The notes under the pieces were generated by a model. The model was given only the letters and a program-made list of their open reading frames with translations. It was not told the origin of the DNA and made no database searches. Below, one piece after another: positions 1-9,747 of a stretch of 64,000 nt of DNA. Position numbers and translations under genes: made by a program. Each line of letters begins with the position of its first letter. Position 1 is the stretch's first letter. The stretch lies in NCBI GenBank assembly GCA_001782805.1, contig MFPT01000003.1:44072-108071 (forward strand). The letters are read 5' to 3'. The stretch comes from Candidatus Magasanikbacteria bacterium RIFCSPHIGHO2_01_FULL_41_23 (GTDB taxonomy: Bacteria; Patescibacteriota; Patescibacteriia; Magasanikbacterales; UBA922).

Positions 1-4
1 TGTT

Positions 5-394
5 ATGTCGTTTGTGGCTACGCCTGGTTTTTTTACCGCGGGTTTTGTATTCTTGCATATAGGACTGTTTGTTATATTTTATGTTTTGGGTAATAAAAAA
101 TTGCCGCCATCTTGGGGCGTGGTGCGTGATTTGGTTGATAAATCTCCAATCGGTCGAGTAGTGGTGCGCGTCTTTGATTCCGCGTATAATAAGCTGGTCA
201 ATACTGCCGTGACCGATAGCAAAGGCCGTTATGCGATTTTAATCGGTCCGAGCATGTATTATGCCAGTTATGAAAAAGATGGTTTTGTCAAAAAACAAAC
301 ATCTCTGCTTGATTATTCCAGCCAGAAAAATAAAGGAATGGGCGGAATTATTAATCGAGATGAAATCCTACAAAAAGTAGAAAGTAAAAAATAA
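5..394 (+). CDS. Partial ORF at the window edge, probably the C-terminal part of a longer protein. It contains a carboxypeptidase-regulatory-like (CarbopepD_reg-like) beta-sandwich segment.
   Basis: The ORF is open from the window start. The motif 'VVRVFDSAYNKLVNTAVTDSKGRYAI' resembles CarbopepD_reg domains. The N-terminus is hydrophobic. Confidence 0.35.
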   Translation: MSFVATPGFFTAGFVFLHIGLFVIFYVLGNKKLPPSWGVVRDLVDKSPIGRVVVRVFDSAYNKLVNTAVTDSKGRYAILIGPSMYYASYEKDGFVKKQTSLLDYSSQKNKGMGGIINRDEILQKVESKK

Positions 395-409
395 TTTTTA
401 ATTTAAAAT

Positions 410-1402
410 ATGTTGCGAATTGCCATCAATGGTTTTGGCCGCATTGGCCGACACGCGTTTAAAGTTATTCAAAATAAAAAGGGAATGGAAGTGGTCGCAA
501 TTAACGATCTCACCAGTTCCAAAATTTTAGCGCATTTGCTAAAACATGATACGGCTTATCCGGATGTGGAATATTCGGTAAAATTTGATGATAAGAATTT
601 AATTATCGCGGGTAAAAAAATTCCGGTTTTTGCGGAAAAAGATCCGAGTTTGTTGCCGTGGAAAAAAATGAACGTTGATTTGGTTTTGGAATGCACGGGA
701 TTTTTTCGCGATGAGGAAGGTGCAGGTAAACATCTGACTGCCGGAGCAAAAAAAGTCATTATTTCCGCTCCAGCCAAAGGCGAAATTAAAACTTTAGTTA
801 AAGGCGTGAATGATACAGAATATAAAGGCGAAAAAATTGTAAATAATGCGTCATGCACTACGAATTGCGCGGCGCCAGTAATGCTGGTTTTGGAAAAAGA
901 ATTTGGCATTGCCAAAGCGATGTTGACTACTGTTCATTCGTATACTGCTTCGCAGTCCCTACAAGATGGTCCCAATAAAGATTTACGCGAAGCGCGAGCC
1001 GCAGCGCAAAATATGATACCGACTTCAACGGGCGCGGCTGTGGCAGTGGCGCAGGCAATTCCCGAATTAAAAGGTAAGTTTGATGGCCTATCGATCCGTG
1101 TTCCTACCATTACTGTTTCATTGACCGATATTACCGCGCTTCTTAAATGTAGTGTAACCAAAGAAGAAATCAATGAAGCTATGAAGAAAGCCGAGAAAAC
1201 CTATTTGAAAAATATTTTGGCTACAACTGACGAAGAATTAGTGTCCAGTGATTTTATTGGCAATCCATATTCGGCCATTGTGGATTTACATTTGACCAAT
1301 GTGGTTGATGGAAATTTGGTTAAAGTTGTCGCGTGGTATGACAATGAATGGGGCTATGCCAATCGTTTGGTGGAAATGGCGCAGTTGGTGGGGAAAAAAT
1401 AA
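410..1402 (+). CDS. gap: Glyceraldehyde-3-phosphate dehydrogenase
   Basis: NAD-binding N-terminus 'INGFGRIGR', the active-site motif 'ASCTTNCAAP', and a length of 330 aa. Confidence 0.92.
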   Translation: MLRIAINGFGRIGRHAFKVIQNKKGMEVVAINDLTSSKILAHLLKHDTAYPDVEYSVKFDDKNLIIAGKKIPVFAEKDPSLLPWKKMNVDLVLECTGFFRDEEGAGKHLTAGAKKVIISAPAKGEIKTLVKGVNDTEYKGEKIVNNASCTTNCAAPVMLVLEKEFGIAKAMLTTVHSYTASQSLQDGPNKDLREARAAAQNMIPTSTGAAVAVAQAIPELKGKFDGLSIRVPTITVSLTDITALLKCSVTKEEINEAMKKAEKTYLKNILATTDEELVSSDFIGNPYSAIVDLHLTNVVDGNLVKVVAWYDNEWGYANRLVEMAQLVGKK

Positions 1403-1414
1403 AAAGGAATCTGT

Positions 1415-2647
1415 ATGCCGATTAAGTCAATTAAAAATATCAAAAATTTAAAAGGAAAACGGGTTTTGGTTCGGGTTGATACGAATGTCCCAATTAAAAA
1501 CGGAAAAGTAAAAGATGATACGCGTATTCGTGAAATTATTCCAATGCTTAAATTTTTAATTCAAAAAAAAGCCAAAGTAATTCTCGTGGCGCATTTGGGT
1601 CGGCCGGAAGGAAAGATCGTAAATGATCTACGGTTAGATCCCGTGGCCGAGCGTTTAGGTGAAATTCTTAAAAAAAATGTTATTAAACTGGATGATTTTA
1701 TTGGTTCGGCGGTAGTCAAAGAAATTGCCGAAATGAAAAACGGACAAGTGCTGATGCTGGAAAATATTCGTTTTTCAGCGGATGAAAGTCCCTCTACACG
1801 CTCACTTCGTGGTGACTCAGTGGAACCAGGACAAGCCGGTATTAAAGGAACTTTGGCAAAAAAATTAGCGAGTTTGGGAGATATTTTTGTCCAAGAAGGT
1901 TTTTCGGTTTGTCATCGAGCGGATGCGTCTGTGGTCGGTGTGGCCAAATATGTGCCGAGTTATGCTGGATTACTTTTGGAAAAAGAAATTAAAAGTTTAA
2001 ATCAGATTTTAAACAAGCCTAAACATCCGCTTTTAGCAATTATTGGTGGCGCGAAATTGGAAACTAAAATACCGGTTTTGCAAAATATCAGTCGCATTGC
2101 AGACGCGATTTTGGTTGGTGGCGGAATTGTTAATACTTTTTTATTAAGTTTGGGATATGAAGTCGGTGCATCGCTGGTTGATAAAAATCATTTGGCGATT
2201 GCCAAAAAATTGGCGTGTAAAAAGAATATTTTTTTGCCATTGGATGTAGTTGTCGGTACACGCGATGGTAAAGATTGGCGCGTGGTTTCGATTGAAAAAA
2301 AACCACATCGGATTTGCGAACCGGACGAAGCAATTTTTGATCTTGGTCCAGTCACGATTGAACATTTTTGTGTTAGTTTAACGACTGCCAAAACAATCGT
2401 CTGGAATGGAGCTTTGGGTTATTTTGAACGACCACCGTATAATGAAGCCACCAATGCTTTGGCAAAAATGCTGGCCAGTGTTTCTCGAAAAGGAGTATTT
2501 ACCGTAGCCGGCGGAGGCGAAACACTGGAAGTTTTGGCCGCGCTTAAATTGACCAAAAAAATCAGTTTTGTTTCCACGGGCGGTGGCGCCATGCTGGAAT
2601 TTTTATCCGGCAAAAAATTGCCGGGGATTAAAATTTTGGAAAAATAA
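1415..2647 (+). CDS. pgk: Phosphoglycerate kinase
   Basis: 410 aa. It follows gap directly. The PGK glycine-rich C-terminal motifs 'FVSTGGGA' and 'AGGGETL' are present. Confidence 0.9.
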   Translation: MPIKSIKNIKNLKGKRVLVRVDTNVPIKNGKVKDDTRIREIIPMLKFLIQKKAKVILVAHLGRPEGKIVNDLRLDPVAERLGEILKKNVIKLDDFIGSAVVKEIAEMKNGQVLMLENIRFSADESPSTRSLRGDSVEPGQAGIKGTLAKKLASLGDIFVQEGFSVCHRADASVVGVAKYVPSYAGLLLEKEIKSLNQILNKPKHPLLAIIGGAKLETKIPVLQNISRIADAILVGGGIVNTFLLSLGYEVGASLVDKNHLAIAKKLACKKNIFLPLDVVVGTRDGKDWRVVSIEKKPHRICEPDEAIFDLGPVTIEHFCVSLTTAKTIVWNGALGYFERPPYNEATNALAKMLASVSRKGVFTVAGGGETLEVLAALKLTKKISFVSTGGGAMLEFLSGKKLPGIKILEK

Positions 2648-2824
2648 ATTATGTGGTATACTCCTATCATATTTTTACGAAAATAAAAATTCACTGCAAA
2701 TCTTTTTCTGAGACCCTCACCCATTCGACTAACGCTCAGGGTATCGGGCTCAAAAAAGCTTTATCCGTTCCATTTTTATTTTAAATTCCCTAAAGCCCAC
2801 ATTAATTATCAATTTTTAAAATGT

Positions 2825-3643
2825 ATGTCTGTCAAAAAAACTCCTGAATTAAACGATAGTCAAACAGGCTCACGGACAATGATGTCTGGTTACAGTGACA
2901 TGGGACACAAACTAATGTGTACTCTTTTGGGAATTTTACTGGTGTACAGTATTGTTTTTGTCGGCACATTGATTCGTAATAATATCAGAAAATACCATAC
3001 CATTGGCCGGGCAGAAAAAACCGAACGCACGATTACCGTTGAGGCCGATGGTAAAGTTACAGTTAGTCCGGATATTGCTCTGACCACCATGGGCATGAGT
3101 GCTGAAAGCAAAACCGTGGCCGAGGCGCAGAAAAAAAATACCGAAGTCATGAATAAATTATTGGAAAAATTAAATGCTTTGGGTGTGGACAAAAAAGATG
3201 TGCAAACTATAAATTACAGCATTTATCCCACGTATGATTACAAAGACGGTGTTCAAGTAATCCGTGGATATCAAGTGGATCAGTCCGTCACCATTAAAAT
3301 TCGTGATTTGACCAAAGCCAACGATGTCATAGCTTTGGCCGGTGATGTCGGTGCCAATAGTGTAGGCGGTTTGCAATTTACGGTTGATGATCGGGAAATT
3401 TACAAAGCCAAAGCGCGTGATATGGCTTTGAAAAAAGTGGCACAAAAACGCGCGGCACTGGCAAGGTCGCTTGGTGTGCGTTTATCCAGCATTGTCAGTT
3501 ATAATGAATATGATGGCGGCCAAAATGGGTATGGCGATTATGGTAAAGGCGGGATGGCTCCAATGAGTACTGCGCCTGGGCTTGAACATGGCACCAATGA
3601 AATTTCTATTCATGTTGGCGTTACATTTGAAGTTCAACAATAG
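2825..3643 (+). CDS. SIMPL/DUF541-family periplasmic protein with an N-terminal TM anchor
   Basis: The core 'GYQVDQSVTIKIRDL...GGLQFTVDD...AKARDMALKKVAQKRAALA' matches the SIMPL (YggE-like) fold. One N-terminal TM helix. Confidence 0.7.
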   Translation: MSVKKTPELNDSQTGSRTMMSGYSDMGHKLMCTLLGILLVYSIVFVGTLIRNNIRKYHTIGRAEKTERTITVEADGKVTVSPDIALTTMGMSAESKTVAEAQKKNTEVMNKLLEKLNALGVDKKDVQTINYSIYPTYDYKDGVQVIRGYQVDQSVTIKIRDLTKANDVIALAGDVGANSVGGLQFTVDDREIYKAKARDMALKKVAQKRAALARSLGVRLSSIVSYNEYDGGQNGYGDYGKGGMAPMSTAPGLEHGTNEISIHVGVTFEVQQ

Positions 3644-3652
3644 TTCTAACGA

Positions 3653-3685
3653 TGGAAACACGGTCTTCACATAAGCCGTGTTTTT
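3653..3685 (+). terminator. Rho-independent terminator hairpin after the SIMPL gene
   Basis: The stem 'aacacgg'/'ccgtgtt' is followed by TTTTT. Confidence 0.45.
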
Positions 3686-3715
3686 GTTATACTAGACACA
3701 AACTAGATTATTTAT

Positions 3716-4966
3716 ATGAAAATTTTTATTACAAAAGTATTTGCCAGTGAAATTTTGGATTCTCGCGGCAATCCAACAGTACACGCCACGGTTATTTTAT
3801 CCGACGGTTCAACTGGAATCGCGGCTGTGCCCAGTGGCGCTTCCACTGGAACACATGAAGCAGTTGAATTGCGCGATGGCGGCGGACGATATGGCGGCAA
3901 AGGGGTGTTGAAGGCAGTGAAAAATGTAAATAATATAATTGCCAAAGCGCTCGTTGGTGAAACGGCTGGGGATCAGCGCGTGCTGGATACTTTTTTAAAT
4001 CAATTGGATGGCACTGACAATAAAAGTATATTGGGCGCAAACGCGATTTTGGCGGTTTCTTTGGCGCATGCTCGCGCCGTGGCGATAAGTCAAAATTTGC
4101 CGTTGTATGTTTGGATTCGGAAAAATTTCGCGCTCAAAGAAAAAATTTGGCGGATGCCGGTGCCGACCATGAATATCTTAAGTGGCGGACGACATAGTAA
4201 CAATGGCTTGTCCATTCAGGAATTTATGATCGTGCCAATTCATCGCGTGTTGTCGGAACGAGTGCGTATTGGTGCTGAAATTTTTCATTCTTTGGCCAAT
4301 CTTTTAAATAAAAAAGGCTTTAAAACCGGTGTGGGTGATGAAGGCGGTTTTGCTCCGGAACTGCCAAATAACGAGCAAGCTTTGAAATTAATAATGCAAG
4401 CAATTAAAGACGCGGGTTATGTGGCGGGTAAACAAGTGGCTCTGGCGCTGGATTTGGCCGCGTCGGAATTTTTTCGGCATAATAAATATTATATTGATAA
4501 TAATCGCGATGGCTGTGAGGCGGATAAAATCATTGAAATGCTGCAATTGTGGTTGCGTCGCTATCCGATTGTGTCAATTGAAGATCCCTTGGCTGAAGAT
4601 GATTGGGATAATTGGAAAAAATTAACCAAACGTTTGGGTAATGACGTTAATTTGGTTGGTGATGATTTGTTTGTAACCAATACCGCGCGGATTAAAATGG
4701 GAATTGATCAAGGCGTGGCGAACGCGGTTTTAATAAAATTAAATCAAATCGGCACGTTGACTGAAACCATTGACGCGATTTATTTGGCCAAAGATCACAA
4801 ATATCGTGTTTCCGTGTCGCATCGTTCGGGTGAAACCGCAGATACGTTTATCGCGGATTTGGCCGTGGCCGTGAACGCGGAATTCATTAAAACCGGATCA
4901 CTTTCGCGTTCGGAGCGTGTGGAAAAATATAATCGGTTAATGGAGATTGAAAGAGAAGTGGGATAA
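3716..4966 (+). CDS. eno: Enolase (phosphopyruvate hydratase)
   Basis: The N-terminus 'EILDSRGNPTV', a length of 416 aa, and conserved enolase motifs throughout. Confidence 0.93.
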   Translation: MKIFITKVFASEILDSRGNPTVHATVILSDGSTGIAAVPSGASTGTHEAVELRDGGGRYGGKGVLKAVKNVNNIIAKALVGETAGDQRVLDTFLNQLDGTDNKSILGANAILAVSLAHARAVAISQNLPLYVWIRKNFALKEKIWRMPVPTMNILSGGRHSNNGLSIQEFMIVPIHRVLSERVRIGAEIFHSLANLLNKKGFKTGVGDEGGFAPELPNNEQALKLIMQAIKDAGYVAGKQVALALDLAASEFFRHNKYYIDNNRDGCEADKIIEMLQLWLRRYPIVSIEDPLAEDDWDNWKKLTKRLGNDVNLVGDDLFVTNTARIKMGIDQGVANAVLIKLNQIGTLTETIDAIYLAKDHKYRVSVSHRSGETADTFIADLAVAVNAEFIKTGSLSRSERVEKYNRLMEIEREVG

Positions 4967-4990
4967 GTATTTTTTGAATAAAAAATCTAT

Positions 4991-5692
4991 TTATTTCTCC
5001 CCATCCAGCATCACGCGTAAGAAAAATAAAGTTTCTGATTTCAGTTTTGCTTTGGCCCAGATTTTTTGTTTTTCAGTGAGGAGTTCGCCCAGTCCGTCCA
5101 GAATTTTACGGTCGTTTAATTTTTCCAGATTCGCAATCAGTTTTTCCAATAATTCACGATAGGGCATATTAACGCGATTTTCCACAAGACCTTTATTGAT
5201 TGGCCAATTGTTTTGTTCAAAAAAATATACATCGAAAATATCGCGGTTGGTTTTGCCTAGTCTCTCGTACATCGCCATCAATTTATTGGCGAACATATCC
5301 GGTTGATCCATCACCAGCATCGAAATTCCCAAGTATGATTTAAGGGAATATTTTGAGCCGAAATTTCGTCGGTTGATTTCTATCTTTACATTTTGTGCGT
5401 TTTTTAATTTTTTACTATACGCCAAAATAAACAATAGATTAAATCTTTTTATATGAGCTTCTTTTATTACGCCGTATTTTACTATTATATTTTTAATTTG
5501 GTCAAAAATATACTCTTCTTTTGTCGCATCCAACAAATCAAAATCCAGATCAACGGAAAAACGATCCAAGCCATAAAATAAATATGCGGCCGTGCCGCCT
5601 TTGAAACCCAAAAATGGCGCAATGGATTTGTCGGCATAGATATCTTTCAGAATTTGCAATAAGATTTTTTTGTGCGTAGCCGGATTTAACAT
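4991..5692 (-). CDS. abiEii: AbiEii/AbiGii-family nucleotidyltransferase toxin (type IV toxin-antitoxin system)
   Basis: The nucleotidyltransferase motif 'GFKGGTAAYL...DLDFDL' (GG[ST]...DxD). The gene is 233 aa and sits directly downstream of the AbiEi-like gene on the same strand. Confidence 0.7.
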   Translation of the reverse strand: MLNPATHKKILLQILKDIYADKSIAPFLGFKGGTAAYLFYGLDRFSVDLDFDLLDATKEEYIFDQIKNIIVKYGVIKEAHIKRFNLLFILAYSKKLKNAQNVKIEINRRNFGSKYSLKSYLGISMLVMDQPDMFANKLMAMYERLGKTNRDIFDVYFFEQNNWPINKGLVENRVNMPYRELLEKLIANLEKLNDRKILDGLGELLTEKQKIWAKAKLKSETLFFLRVMLDGEK

Positions 5693-5696
5693 ATAT

Positions 5697-6293
5697 TTAG
5701 TTTGTTTTCAAAAAATTTTTATAATATTGTTTTATTTTCCTCTCCATTTTTTTATTTTCGTAGATATGCACCATAGCAAAAACTTTTTCCCAGTTCAGTG
5801 ATGATAAATTGTCAAAATGATAATCCTTACTTCGATATACCGTGTCCAAGAAAGCCCGTTCAGGCGTGGCAATGGAATATTCGCGGCTTTGGTCAATACC
5901 CAATGGGTTGATGAGGGCATTTTTTTTTATGGTTTCAAAAGTATAGATTTGTCCGTCACACACAATTTCTCGTTTAACATACGAAGCCACAAAAATTTGA
6001 TTGTAATATTGGAATGTCATACCTGAAGCTGCTAGTACAGTTTCAAAACTTATATATGAAGGGCGGAGTATATTGGTGGCCAGTTCTTTTCTGTCATAAT
6101 TGGCGTCTTTGGCGTACAGACCGCGGCGTAGGCGGATCAACTTGCTTGTTTTAACATAATAATGCAATCGAACTTCGGTTGCTCCGATATTGGTGTCTTC
6201 CCACAATAAAAAAATATCAACTGTGGTAAAGACAGTCTTCTTTGATCGGAGTAGGATGTCCAAGAAGTCGCCTCGTTTTTTCGTTATATTCAT
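5697..6293 (-). CDS. abiEi: AbiEi-family antitoxin / transcriptional regulator
   Basis: 198 aa ORF whose stop lies 4 nt upstream of abiEii, with abiEii immediately downstream on the same strand. The size and position fit AbiEi. Confidence 0.55.
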   Translation of the reverse strand: MNITKKRGDFLDILLRSKKTVFTTVDIFLLWEDTNIGATEVRLHYYVKTSKLIRLRRGLYAKDANYDRKELATNILRPSYISFETVLAASGMTFQYYNQIFVASYVKREIVCDGQIYTFETIKKNALINPLGIDQSREYSIATPERAFLDTVYRSKDYHFDNLSSLNWEKVFAMVHIYENKKMERKIKQYYKNFLKTN

Positions 6294-6296
6294 ATA

Positions 6297-6343
6297 TTCT
6301 AACTGTATATTAGTCTAAGACTAATGTATAGTTAGAATATATC
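6297..6343. promoter_or_regulatory. Imperfect 22-nt inverted repeat (candidate AbiEi auto-operator) in the divergent abiEi/gpmI promoter region
   Basis: 'tattctaactgtatattagtct' pairs with 'agactaatgtatagttagaata' (about 20/22 complementary). It lies immediately upstream of the abiEi start. Confidence 0.4.
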
Positions 6344-6430
6344 ATATTTGGCCATTCAACGCAAACTCTCACCTGTGTATAAAATTTTCTTATTGTCAAT
6401 ACATTTTACTCGGGTTATACTATCCGCACT

Positions 6431-8014
6431 ATGTCCACCAAAAAACAAATTTTTCCGATAACACCACTTGTTCTTATTATTCTTGATGGTTTTGGTTTGG
6501 CTGATCCCAAAATTTCGGGCAATGCGATTACTCCCAAAACTGCGCCGCATATTTTTTCCTATTTAAAAAAATATCCAAACGCGAAACTCAAAGCCAGTGG
6601 TCGCGATGTGGGATTATTTGCTAATCAAGAAGGGAATTCCGAAGCCGGACATTTTAATATTGGCGCGGGTAGAATCGTCAAGCAGGATTTAGTGCGAATT
6701 TCCGAAGCGATTAAAGACGGAACTTTTTACAAAAATGAAGCTTTTTTGCAGGCGATTCATTATGCGCATGAGCATAAAAGCACGTTGCATGTGATGGGAC
6801 TTTTGACCAATGGCCAGAGCGCGCACGCGCATCCGCAACATGTGTACGCGTTATTGGAATTATTGCGTCGGCATAAAGTGGAGCGCGTTGCCCTTCATTT
6901 ATTTACTGATGGACGTGATTCATCGCCGCATTCGGCCATAACGCATTTACGAAAATTGCGTAAATATTTGGCGCCGCATGAAAAAATAGCTAGTGTGATG
7001 GGTCGATTTTATGCCATGGATCGGAATAAAATTTGGAGTCGAACGGAAATCGCATATCGTGCTTTGGTTTTGGGAAAAGCTGAGCATACTGCCGCGAGCG
7101 CAGAAGAAGCCATTAGTGCAGGATACAATCGCGGCGAAACCGATGAGTACATTACGCCGACTATTATTGAAAAAGATGATAGGCCAATCGCGACGATTGG
7201 CGACCATGACGCGATTATTTTTTTTAACGCGCGGAGCGATCGGGCGCGACAGCTTACCAAAGCGTTTGTTCAGCCGCAATCTGAATTTAATGCAATAAAT
7301 TCAGGGGTGTTTAAGCGCACTCAATTCCCCAAAAATATTCGTTTTGTGGCGATGACTGATTTTGGTCCGGATTTGCCGAATATCTTGACCGCTTTTCCCA
7401 GTCCTGATGTGGTGCATAGTTTGGTGTCTGCGATTGATGAACGATATAAACAATTATATATTTCGGAAACGGAAAAGTACGCGCACATTACATATTTTAT
7501 AAATGGCGGTTATTCCACGGCAATTAACGGCGAGAAACGCGAACTGATTCCGTCGGGCGATACATATTCATATGCTGACAAGCCTGGTATGTGTTCGCGT
7601 GAAGTTACGAGTCGGATTCTTTCTCACTTAAAAAAACAAGAATACGATTTTATTGCGGTCAATTTTCCTAATGTTGATATGGTTGGTCACACCGGTGATT
7701 ATCCGGCAACGTGCCAAGCGGTAAAAATAATTGACGGTCATGTGGCGCAAATTGTAACCGCAGTTATGCGTCAACATGGTGCGGTTGTCATTACGGCGGA
7801 TCATGGCAACGCGGAAATGATGTATGATCCGGAAACAGGAGCAATGGATACGGAACATAGCACTAGTTTGGTTCCATTTATAATAATATCCGCGTCATTG
7901 CGTCATCATAAAATAATCAAATCCGGTCGTTTGGCCGATGTAGCGCCGACATTGTTGCGCTTGCTGGATATTCCTAAGCCAAAGGAAATGACGAGTAAAT
8001 CTCTGATAAGTTAG
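6431..8014 (+). CDS. gpmI: 2,3-bisphosphoglycerate-independent phosphoglycerate mutase (paralog 1)
   Basis: 527 aa with the iPGM motifs 'ILDGFGL', 'GNSEAGHFNIGAGR', 'DGRD' and 'ADHGNAE'. Confidence 0.85.
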   Translation: MSTKKQIFPITPLVLIILDGFGLADPKISGNAITPKTAPHIFSYLKKYPNAKLKASGRDVGLFANQEGNSEAGHFNIGAGRIVKQDLVRISEAIKDGTFYKNEAFLQAIHYAHEHKSTLHVMGLLTNGQSAHAHPQHVYALLELLRRHKVERVALHLFTDGRDSSPHSAITHLRKLRKYLAPHEKIASVMGRFYAMDRNKIWSRTEIAYRALVLGKAEHTAASAEEAISAGYNRGETDEYITPTIIEKDDRPIATIGDHDAIIFFNARSDRARQLTKAFVQPQSEFNAINSGVFKRTQFPKNIRFVAMTDFGPDLPNILTAFPSPDVVHSLVSAIDERYKQLYISETEKYAHITYFINGGYSTAINGEKRELIPSGDTYSYADKPGMCSREVTSRILSHLKKQEYDFIAVNFPNVDMVGHTGDYPATCQAVKIIDGHVAQIVTAVMRQHGAVVITADHGNAEMMYDPETGAMDTEHSTSLVPFIIISASLRHHKIIKSGRLADVAPTLLRLLDIPKPKEMTSKSLIS

Positions 8015-8050
8015 TGGATAAATGTTTATTTTTTATTATCGTTAAGAAAT

Positions 8051-9628
8051 ATGAATCGTCCAAAACCATTGGTTCTCGCAATTTTAGATGGTTGGGGAGT
8101 AGCGCCTGATACAGCAGGCAATGCCATTGTGCGCGCCAAAACTCCCAATTTTCAAAAGTTTATTCGGGAATATCCCACAATGACTTTATTCGCTTCGGGC
8201 AATGAGGTTGGTTTATCGTTTGGCGAAATGGGAAATTCCGAAGTTGGGCATTTGAATATTGGCGCGGGACGCGTGTATTATCAGACACTGCCGCGCTTAA
8301 ACAAAAGTATTGCCGATCATAGTTTTTTTGATAATAAAGCATTTCTGGAAGCGGCTGAACAAGTCAAGAAAAATAAATCCAATCTCCATTTAATCGGGCT
8401 CGTGGGTCCGGGCAATGTTCACGCCAGTCAAGATCATTTGGACGCACTTTTGAAATTTGCCAAACAGCAAAAAATTAAAAATGTATTTGTGCATGCTATT
8501 CTGGACGGACGCGATGCTACGTTTAACAGTGGTGTGGATTTTATTAAAAAATTGCAGGCGACGATGAAAGATATTGGTGTGGGTAAAATCGCCACATTGT
8601 CCGGCCGATATTTTGGAATGGATCGTGATAATCGCTGGGATAGAGTGGAAAAAGCCTATCGCGCAATTGTTAGTGGTATCGCGGATGTTTATGCCAAAGA
8701 TCCGATTAAAGCCATCAAAGAATCGTATGCCAAAGAAGTTTATGATGAGGAATTTGTGCCAACAGTCATTGGCGAAGAAGGCGAACCAATGGCAAAAATT
8801 TCCGACGATGATAGTGTAATATTTTTTAATTTTCGGCCGGATCGCGCACGCCAATTAACGCAAGCGTTTGTTTTGCCGACATTCACGAAATTTGAACGCG
8901 AGTATTTAAAAAAATTATGTTTTGTGACCATGACGGAATATGAAAAAGAATTGCCCGTAACAGTGGCGTTTCCGCCGAATGTTGTCGTCAATTGTTTGGC
9001 GCAAACCATCAGTGACGCGGGATTAAAACAATACCATATTGCGGAAACGGAAAAATACGCGCATATTACATTTTTTTTGAACGGCACGATTGAAGAGGCT
9101 TTTTCGCACGAAGATCGTAAAATTATTCCATCGCCAAAAGTCGCTTCGTATGATAAAGCGCCGGAAATGTCCGCGGCCGCGTTGACCAAAGATGTTGTTA
9201 AAATTATTGAGGGTGGCAAGTATGATGTTATAATGTTGAATTTGGCGAATCCCGATATGGTGGCGCATACTGGGGATACCAAAGCGACGATAAAAGGAGT
9301 GGAAATGGTGGATAAATGTTTGGGCGATATTGCGGCGCATACTTTGGCGCATCATGGCGTAATGCTAATTACCGCGGATCATGGTAATGCCGAGGAATTG
9401 GTGAATTTACAAACCAATGAACGCGATAAAGAACATAGTACGAATCCGGTTCCGTTTATTATTATTGGCGAAGAATATCACGGAAAAACCGGTCCGGCCG
9501 GCGATCCGCCCGATGGTGATTTGAGTTTGTTGCATCCGGTTGGCATGTTGGCCGATGTCGCGCCGACGGTTTTGAGTATTTTGGGGATTAAACAGCCAAA
9601 AGAAATGACGGGGCGGGCGTTGACATAA
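8051..9628 (+). CDS. gpmI: 2,3-bisphosphoglycerate-independent phosphoglycerate mutase (paralog 2)
   Basis: 525 aa with 'ILDGWGV', 'GNSEVGHLNIGAGR', 'DGRD' and 'ADHGNAE'. It is a tandem paralog of the preceding gene. Confidence 0.85.
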   Translation: MNRPKPLVLAILDGWGVAPDTAGNAIVRAKTPNFQKFIREYPTMTLFASGNEVGLSFGEMGNSEVGHLNIGAGRVYYQTLPRLNKSIADHSFFDNKAFLEAAEQVKKNKSNLHLIGLVGPGNVHASQDHLDALLKFAKQQKIKNVFVHAILDGRDATFNSGVDFIKKLQATMKDIGVGKIATLSGRYFGMDRDNRWDRVEKAYRAIVSGIADVYAKDPIKAIKESYAKEVYDEEFVPTVIGEEGEPMAKISDDDSVIFFNFRPDRARQLTQAFVLPTFTKFEREYLKKLCFVTMTEYEKELPVTVAFPPNVVVNCLAQTISDAGLKQYHIAETEKYAHITFFLNGTIEEAFSHEDRKIIPSPKVASYDKAPEMSAAALTKDVVKIIEGGKYDVIMLNLANPDMVAHTGDTKATIKGVEMVDKCLGDIAAHTLAHHGVMLITADHGNAEELVNLQTNERDKEHSTNPVPFIIIGEEYHGKTGPAGDPPDGDLSLLHPVGMLADVAPTVLSILGIKQPKEMTGRALT

Positions 9629-9747
9629 GATAACTTAATTTTGAAGATATCAAATCACTACATTACACTAAATTTGGTGATTGCATTATCTATATTACAT
9701 TAAATTTAGTGATTGGTGTCAAATGTTCAAAAATAGTGTCGTCTATT

